NCBI RefSeq assembly: GCF_001194135.2
Contig: NC_068990.1
Location: 70,663,057 to 70,727,056 of the forward strand
Length of the DNA stretch: 64,000 nucleotides
DNA from: Octopus bimaculoides
Lineage: Eukaryota
Reading direction: 5' to 3'
Position numbers and translations under genes: made by a program
Notes under the pieces: model-generated
What the model saw: the letters and a program-made list of their open reading frames with translations, nothing else
Told to the model about the DNA's origin: nothing
Database searches by the model: none
Part shown: in pieces, positions 53,701 to 62,039 of the stretch
How positions within the stretch are numbered: position 1 is the stretch's first letter
How the letters are laid out: each line of letters begins with the position of its first letter

Positions 53701-56700
53701 GAGGTGTAGTCAAATCGTACTTTATGAACTCAAACATGTTCTAAAATAAGTCGAAAGGTAAGCTACTTTAAATCGGCATGAACTTTCCGGACAACCTAAT
53801 AAATTATGGGTGCACAAAAGGAACAGCAGGATCACAAGCAAACTAATAGACAAGGACTTTGAGTGTAGAAGATGCATAAGACTAGCTAGTGATGTAAGAG
53901 TACCCATAAAATTAATTTCTCCAGATGTTTGTAATGCTCCTCAGAAGTAGGTGATTATTTTTGTTACCTAGGAGACTAAATCAGCAGTGAAGGTGGGTAT
54001 TTTGAAACCATTTTAGCCAAAAGAAGAGAGTGGAAAAAGTTCTCAAAGTTGAGAGCAGATTTTATCATGTTTGCATATGTAATGGATGTTGCATCATATC
54101 AAAAAATGGACAGAGGCGTATTCTGTTGGATGTGTAATGTTAGTGAGCATGAACAATGGAGAACAAATGAACTGGGAGAAACTGAAAAAAAAAAAACTGG
54201 ATGTAATTGAAATCAGTTGTAGTGTACAAGAGAGGAAACTCTGCTGGGATGGACATGTGATCATACAGAGGATGAGTGTTGGGCAAAGAAATACCAAGTG
54301 ATCAAGGAACTCACAGAAGACGAAGACACAGGAAGGAGTAATGAAGGTAAATCCAATAAGGTTAAACTACACAGAATCATGACCAGTAAAATAATGTATC
54401 GTTGTCATCAGTTTAATAAAAAGAAAGTTAAAAAGCCAACTTACTTCAGATGTAGTGTCACTTTGGGATTCCAGTGCTTCAGGAGCATCGTAATATTCTG
54501 ACATTGAGCAGCTTTCAGCTGAGAAAGATTGTGTAAGCGTATTGTGTTCAGTGCCCTCCTAACAGAAACAGAAAAAGAAAACAAATTAGCTGCAAATAAT
54601 ATGTAATGTTAGTAAAAAATACATATTGTTTCAAATCAAGAGAATAAGTAGGTTACACTTTACAATTTCAAATATTTGCGAATTACCTCTGAAAATAGAC
54701 TACATACATATATATAAGTGTATATAGAGTTTTAATGGCTTCTTATCCATGCATGGAAAGCATTTTTATTGTGCTAATGCTTACCCAAATAAATTTGCAC
54801 TTCATGTTTGAAACTCTGATGATACTATAGTGTAATACACAAGCACACAACTATGAGAACATTGCATCTTGTAGCAGAAACAGTTGAAAGCTCATGAACT
54901 TCCTGACATAATATCTCATTGCCTTGTCATTTTAATTTCTTTTACACACACACATAATATTAAGTATGTTATAGAAAGTATGGGCAATTTACAGAGCGCT
55001 CAGAGAGAGCCAACACAAAAAAATACAGAGTAGAGGAAATTGAAAACGCAAATCATAGGCGATCAAACAGATTCCTGAATGCATAAATGAAGATATTCAA
55101 TCAATGTAATTGAATCATATATATTTATACACATCAACATAAATCCTGCATGTACAGGCATAAAGGTTCTGCAAGGGTATAAAGAATAAAACCAAACATA
55201 CATAAAAATAGAGAAAAAATATAAAAACATAAAAATACGTATAAAATTACATAAAAATAAAGATTACATGTAAAGAGTTATACATGATAAATATAGGAAG
55301 TGCAAAATAAATGAGAGGTTGATAAATATAAGAGTAAAAATGTCAACCTTCAAAATGGCAAACGATCTAAATCATCTAAAAATTCCTTATACATCTAGGA
55401 TATAAGATAGAAATGACACAAGATATCAAGGTTAAGAAAATAAAATAAAATAGGATGCGAAGATAGGAGGGTGTTCCATCTATGGCTGTTTCAGGGGTAC
55501 ATTACCAATCAGGATTAAAAATTAAATACTCCATATATGCAATGTCTCCATCAGGAAGATGATGTTCTCCTTGGTGGTTGCCATCATACTTCTTTTTATA
55601 TTACCCATAAAGGGCTACATAGAGATGCTTTACAGTACAAAAGACAATACAAAACAAAATCGGGGAACTAAAAATTAAGAAAAGGAAATCGAGCAAAGAA
55701 GAAAAAAATAAAAGAAGTGAATGAAATTTTGAAAGAATGATAAAAATGAAGTGCAATGCCCACTCAACCACCGAAGTCAAGTGGTTAAATTTATACATGA
55801 TTTTTGACAGTCTTTCCTCTTTTTTTTCCATTTTTTGAAAAGAAAAAAGTTCACATTTTCATCATCTTTTTTTTCTCTATACTGTTCATATCTCTATTCT
55901 TCTTAGTTCCTCATATTCCACTACAGACGGCAGAGCGTCACACAACCATATCCTGTCAATCATACTCACAAATCCACGGAATGTATCCATAAATCCATCA
56001 TACCTTTCATCCTTCACCAGAATTCCTCTATAATCTCCATCAATTCTCTCTGAGCAGCCTCACCCTCATCACTTTGTTTTTTTTCTTTTCCACCCCCACA
56101 CTCCCTTTGTAGATTATCAGGAATCCCTTATAATTACATTCTTCTTGTGTTGGTTTTTTTTCTACTGCTTGTGTATATTTAGGTTTAGGTTGTTCTCCAT
56201 CTTTTTGTGGCTTCCTCTCAGTTTCTGTTGCTGGTCCCTGTGAATGTTCTCCTGTTTTAGCCTTCTTTCTTCTATTGGGGCTGACAAATCCATCACTCCC
56301 CACCTACCACTTTCATTCTGTCTTCCTCAGTCTTGTCTTTCTCCTTTGCTTCACTAACACCCTCTACATTGCTTTTGTCTTTCCTTGTTTCAGTTCTCTC
56401 TTCCATCTCCCTTTCCTGTTCCCTTTCCTCTACTTTCCCACTTTGAGCATGTTTGAGCTTGGGGCGCTGTGTCCTCATATGACCCCTCACTCCACATATA
56501 TAACATTTGGGTCAATGTCCCTCCACAACAACCTTCAGCGTACTTTTCTCTGCAATATCAATCTGGTAGGGGATTCCTTCTATATCTTCAAATGTTGACT
56601 TTATTCCTTATATGTTTAATTTTACCCCTATTTATAGAAGCTATTATTGTTCCTAAATTAGGCATTGCTGAGTACAAAAATTTTACAGTAGATTTATTAC

Positions 56701-59700
56701 AAATGGCATAATATTTGTGATGCTATGGGAAGTAAGATTGTAGGATTTAAAAAAAACAATCTAGGTAGATTCTTAATCCTAAGTGAGAAAGGAGGGACAA
56801 ACCAAATAACCTCCTTAAATTATATAATGGTAATATGTTAAATAAGTTTTCAGACGTGATCCCCTTGTGTAGCCATAAATTTCACTCTACATTTCTAACA
56901 ACCTATCAAAATTAGATCCACTAAGTAATTGATTTAGAACAATGTTTGTAGTTATAATTACAATTCCCTAGTATTTGGATTCTTCCACTCATAGCAAACA
57001 TATAATCGTTTGAGCTGTAAAACATTTTGTTAGGAACTCTTGATTCTGCTTTATTAGTTCAGCACCTGCCATTTTTTGTTGTGAGTTGTAATTTATTCTG
57101 ATATTGCTTGTTTTGTTTTGAAAGCTTTGTTGACACCTTGTTTTAATTGTTATACTGCCTTGCAGCAATTGTTAAATTTATTGTTGGTTTCACTGCTTAA
57201 AGACTGTTCATTACTTCTTGGAAGTATTTGTTTTTCATTCCCCCGTTGTGGGGGGGGGGGGAACAGTTAATTTTAAAAAACATGTTGTGTGGCAATAAGC
57301 TGATTGAAAATGTTGAAAATATTATGTTGGAAACAGAAGACATTTCAAGTGCAACAGAAGGTTCACCAATGATTTTTCAGGAAGAATTCCCAAGTCTCCC
57401 ATCTGGGACTCCAAAAACACAAAGTATTGTATCAAAAAGAATCACAGACATACCAAGTCTACAAAAAGAAGATAACAAGAAAAAAGGTTTGCGTCAGCAG
57501 CTGAGAATCGAACCCAACAACTCACAACAGAAAAAGAAGAGCTACAAAAGGAAGGAAACAGTAAAAGTGGAACCCCCAGAAAAATTGCTACACGAAGAAA
57601 AAAGAAAAACTTTAATTTTCAAAACGTATAACCTAAAAAGTAGAAAAATTGATAGAATGTCAGAAGAGACGATTGAAAATTGTTTAAAACAAATATGGAC
57701 TGACATAGAATACATCACACGTGGAAAAAAGTTCGGCACAATAGAAGTGCGAATGGTGAACAAAGAAAAGGCACAGCACCATCCAGTGGAAACACTAAAA
57801 ACTTAAGACGTGGCACTCATCCCCAATGTATATGGGAAGGAGAATATCGAAAACAAGAATTGGAAGAATCCCACCGGAGGTGGACCCCATGTAACTATGA
57901 ACCTGGAGGAGAAAATCATGCTCCTCCAGGTGTTGGTTACCGACAAAATGACCTGGTACAGCCAGACAATAAATATGATCATGCAAGTGCAACCACAAAC
58001 ACTGGAAGAAATTCCAGAGAAAATTGAGATAGTGGATGAGTCCCTCATAGTATTTGTGGAGGGAAGAAAGCCAACGTGTTTCCAGCGTGCGAAACTTGGG
58101 CACATCCGCACCGAATGTAAAGAAGGAGAAGAAAAGAGGAGGAGGAAGAAGAAGAGGAGAAGAAAGAGAACCAAGCAGGGAACAAAAGGAAAATACATCC
58201 AACTGTGCCAGCCAGAGCTGGTCTGAGAGACAAGAGGCCGAAGAAGACAGCAAAAAGAGAGAAAGAAGAGAGTGGATTAGTAGCCTTCAACACAGAGGAT
58301 ACATAAGAGAACTAAGAATGAAGAAAACAGCTAAACGAGTGGATGAACAATCGGACAATTACAAAAATTACGACATTTATGATATAGATCTAAAAAGCCA
58401 CACAATCCTGAAAAATAAATTCAAGAAGACTGTGGGAACAATGAGGAAGGACTTTCATTCTTCTATTTTTAATGACTCAATGATTCCAATCCCGCGAGCA
58501 AAAAAAAAAGAAGTGGTGGAGTCTCCCCCTCCACCTGATACAACGGAATAATTTAAAGATCAAAGGTAAGATATTATGGCTATTCGCATTGGTTGTGTAA
58601 ATGTACGTGGCCTGATGTTGAGCTCGAAGCAAGGGCACTTCCTAAATGACATCAAGTCGTGGGATTTGGATGTAATTGTTGCTACAGAAGCCTGGTTGAA
58701 AGGACCAAGATATTTTCTCCCTCTGCTGAACAGCTACGAGAAATACGTTTCCCCATGTCGGGCGACAGGTGGAGGCAGGATGTTGGTCCTATTAAAAACA
58801 AACTGGGTTTCAGAGAAAAGGTTGATTTTTGCTGATCCAGAAGGTAGGCTGGTCATTTTGGGCTTGACTTTCAGTTGTGGCAAGACAATCAGGTTGGTTG
58901 CTATTTAGGCACCCAATATTTCTGGTCATGAAGACGTATGGCTCAGTGGTTAGAGTATCGAGCTTACGATCATGAGGTTGTGAGTTTGATTCCTGGACTG
59001 GGCTGCGTGTTGTGTTCTTGAGCAAGACACTTTATTTCACATTGCTCCAGTTAACTCAGCCATAGAAATGAGTTGCGACGTCACTGGTGCCAAGCCATAC
59101 TAGCCTTTGCTTTTCCCTTGTATAATATCAGTGGCATGGAGAGGGGAAGCTGGTATGCATGGGCGACTGCTGGCCTTCCATAAATAAACTTGCCTGGACT
59201 TGTGCCTCGGAGGGTAACTTTCTAGGTGCAATCCCATGGTCATTCATGACCAAAGGGGTCTCCTCCATTTTTGGTCAAAAAAGTGAATATTTTTGTGACC
59301 TACAGAAGTTTCTAGTCACAATGCATTCTTTAGTTTTGCTAGGAGACTTTAACACAATCTGCGATGCATGCATGGATTATGTTGGCTCGACACTGGGATC
59401 TGCTAAGTCATTGTCAGCTAGCAGATCCATATAGGCTGGAACACCTGGATGCTTTGTTGTGGACATGGTCAAACAGCGACGGGTCGTCCAGATCATATAT
59501 AGATAGGATTCTAATTAGAAAAGTAGACAAAAGCATAGTGAAGTGTCCACAGTTTTATCCAATCAGCAACAGTGACTACAAGATGGTTACCTGTATGCTG
59601 AACTTAGATAAGGTACATAGAAAGGGATTTGGCTACTGGAAATTCAATACGTCCCTATTGGTGATTAAGGAGTACAGAAAGTGGATTAAGATGATAATTC

Positions 59701-61996
59701 AAAGGGTATTAATAGATGCCATCATTAATAATAAATGGTGATACGCCCTAAAACGATTCATAAAATATGAGTCTATTAGATATAGTATAGGTTTAGTGGA
59801 TAAGGAACATAAGAAAGAAAAGGGTCTAGTTAAGAACATAGAGGAAGCCATGCGGACCAGGTGAGGGTGAAGAAACTGGAATTAAACCAGAAGATACGGC
59901 ACGGTGGAGGTGAGGTTTGCCACCAAAGAAGAGGCAGCCTCACATTCCACCACCATTCTGAAGTTGAACAAGGTAGCGCTGCTGCCCACGTATAGGGGAA
60001 AGTGCAGTGTTCGAATCAAAGTAGCGAGAGAGCCACCCAAAATTAAGACCGAGTGGTTGGTGGCAGCTATTCTGGTTGGCACTGAAGACAATCTGGACCT
60101 GGGACCGACAGGAGAGACAAATATGTTGAACTGGTGGGGATTCAGTGTCAAGATGTGGCTTTTTTGCCACATTTGAAGGCATAGAAACAATCCCCTACCA
60201 GATTGATATTGCAGAGGAAAGTACACTGAAAGTTGTTGTGGAGCTACATCAGCCCAATTGTTATATATGTGGAGTGAGGAGTCATATGAAGACACAGTAC
60301 CCCAAGTTTGAACATACTCAGAGTGAGAAAGTAGAGGAAAGGGAACAGGAAATGGAGAAGGAAGAGAGAACTGAAACAGAGAAAGACAAAAGCTATGTTG
60401 AGTGCATCAGTGATGCAAAAGAGAAAGAAAAGATTGAGGAAGACAGAATGAAAGCGGCAAAGGAGGGGAGTGACGGATTTGTCAGCCCCAAAAGAAGAAA
60501 GAAAGCTGAAACAAGAAAACATTTACAGGGATCAGCAACAGAAACCGAGAAGAAGCCACAAAAAGGTAAGGAACAACCTAAACCTAAACATACACAAGCA
60601 GTGGACAAAAAAAAAAAAACAACAGAAGAAGAATGTAACTATAAGGGATTCCTGATAATTCATGAAAAGAGTATGGAGGTAGAAAAAAGAATAGCAAAGT
60701 GGAAAGGACTGGTGAGGCTACACAGAGAAAAATTTGACAGAGATTATAGAGGAATTCTGGTGAAGGATGGAAGGTATGATGGATTTATGGATACATTCCG
60801 TGGATTGGTGAGTATGATTGACAGGATATGGTTGCGTGACACTCTGCCGTCTGTAGTGGAATATGAGGAACTAAGAAGAATAAAGATATGAACAGTATAG
60901 AGAAAAAAAAGATGATGAAAATGTGAACTTTTTTCTTTTCAAAAAATGGAAAAAAAAGAGGAAAGACTGTCAAAAATCATGTATAAATTTAACCACTTGA
61001 CTTCGGTGGTTGAGTGAGCATTGCACTTCATTTTTATCATTCTTTCAAAATTTCATTCACTTCTTTTATTTTTTTCTTCTTTGCTCGATTTCCTTTTCGT
61101 AATTTTTAGTTCCCCGATTTTGTTTTGTATTGTCTTTTGTACTGTAAAGCATCTCTATGTAGCCCTTTATGGGTAATATAAAAAGAAGTATGATGGCAAC
61201 CACCAAGGAGAACATCATCTTCCTGATGGAGACATTGCATATATGGAGTATTTAATTTTTAATCCTGATCGGTAATGTACCCCTGAAACAGCCATAGATG
61301 GAACACCCTCCTATCTTCGCATCCTATTTTATTTTATTTTCTTAACCTTGATATCTTGCGTCATTTCTATCTTATATTCTAGATGTATAAGGAATTTTTA
61401 GATGATTTAGATCGTTTGCCATTTTGAAGGTTGACATTTTTACTCTTATATTTATCAACCTCTCATTTATTTTGCACTTCCTATATTTATCACGTATAAC
61501 TCTTTACATGTAATCTTTATTTATATGTATTATTATGCTTTTATATTTCTTCTATATTTTTTTGTATGTTTGGTTTTATTTTTTATACCCTTGGACTGAG
61601 GACTGGCAAACCAGATGGCTGCACCAGGCTCCAATCTTATCTGGCAGAGTTTCTACAGCTGGATGCCTTTCCTAATGCCAACCACTCCGAGAGTGTAGTG
61701 GGTGCTTTTACGTACCACCAGCGCGAGGGCTAGTCAGGCGGTACTGGCAATGGCCATGCTCAAAATGGTGTTTTTTACGTGCCACTTGCACAGGAGCCAG
61801 TTCAGCAGCACTGGCAATGACCTCGCTTGAATGTTTTTCACGTGCCAGTAAGGCAACGCTGGTAACGATCATGCTTAAATGGTGCTATTTAAATGGCACA
61901 GAAGCCAGACAGCTGCTCTGGCAATGATCACGCTCAGATGGTGCTCTTAGCGCTCCACTGGTACAGGTGCCAGTCATCGAATTTGGGTCAATCATG

Positions 61997-62039
<43 letters not shown>

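Noticed and set aside
55601-55992. Hydrophobic small ORFs as membrane micropeptides (mirrored at 60785-60973)
   Set aside because: The hydrophobicity follows from T-rich composition, and the 76-aa frame is broken by TGA in copy B.
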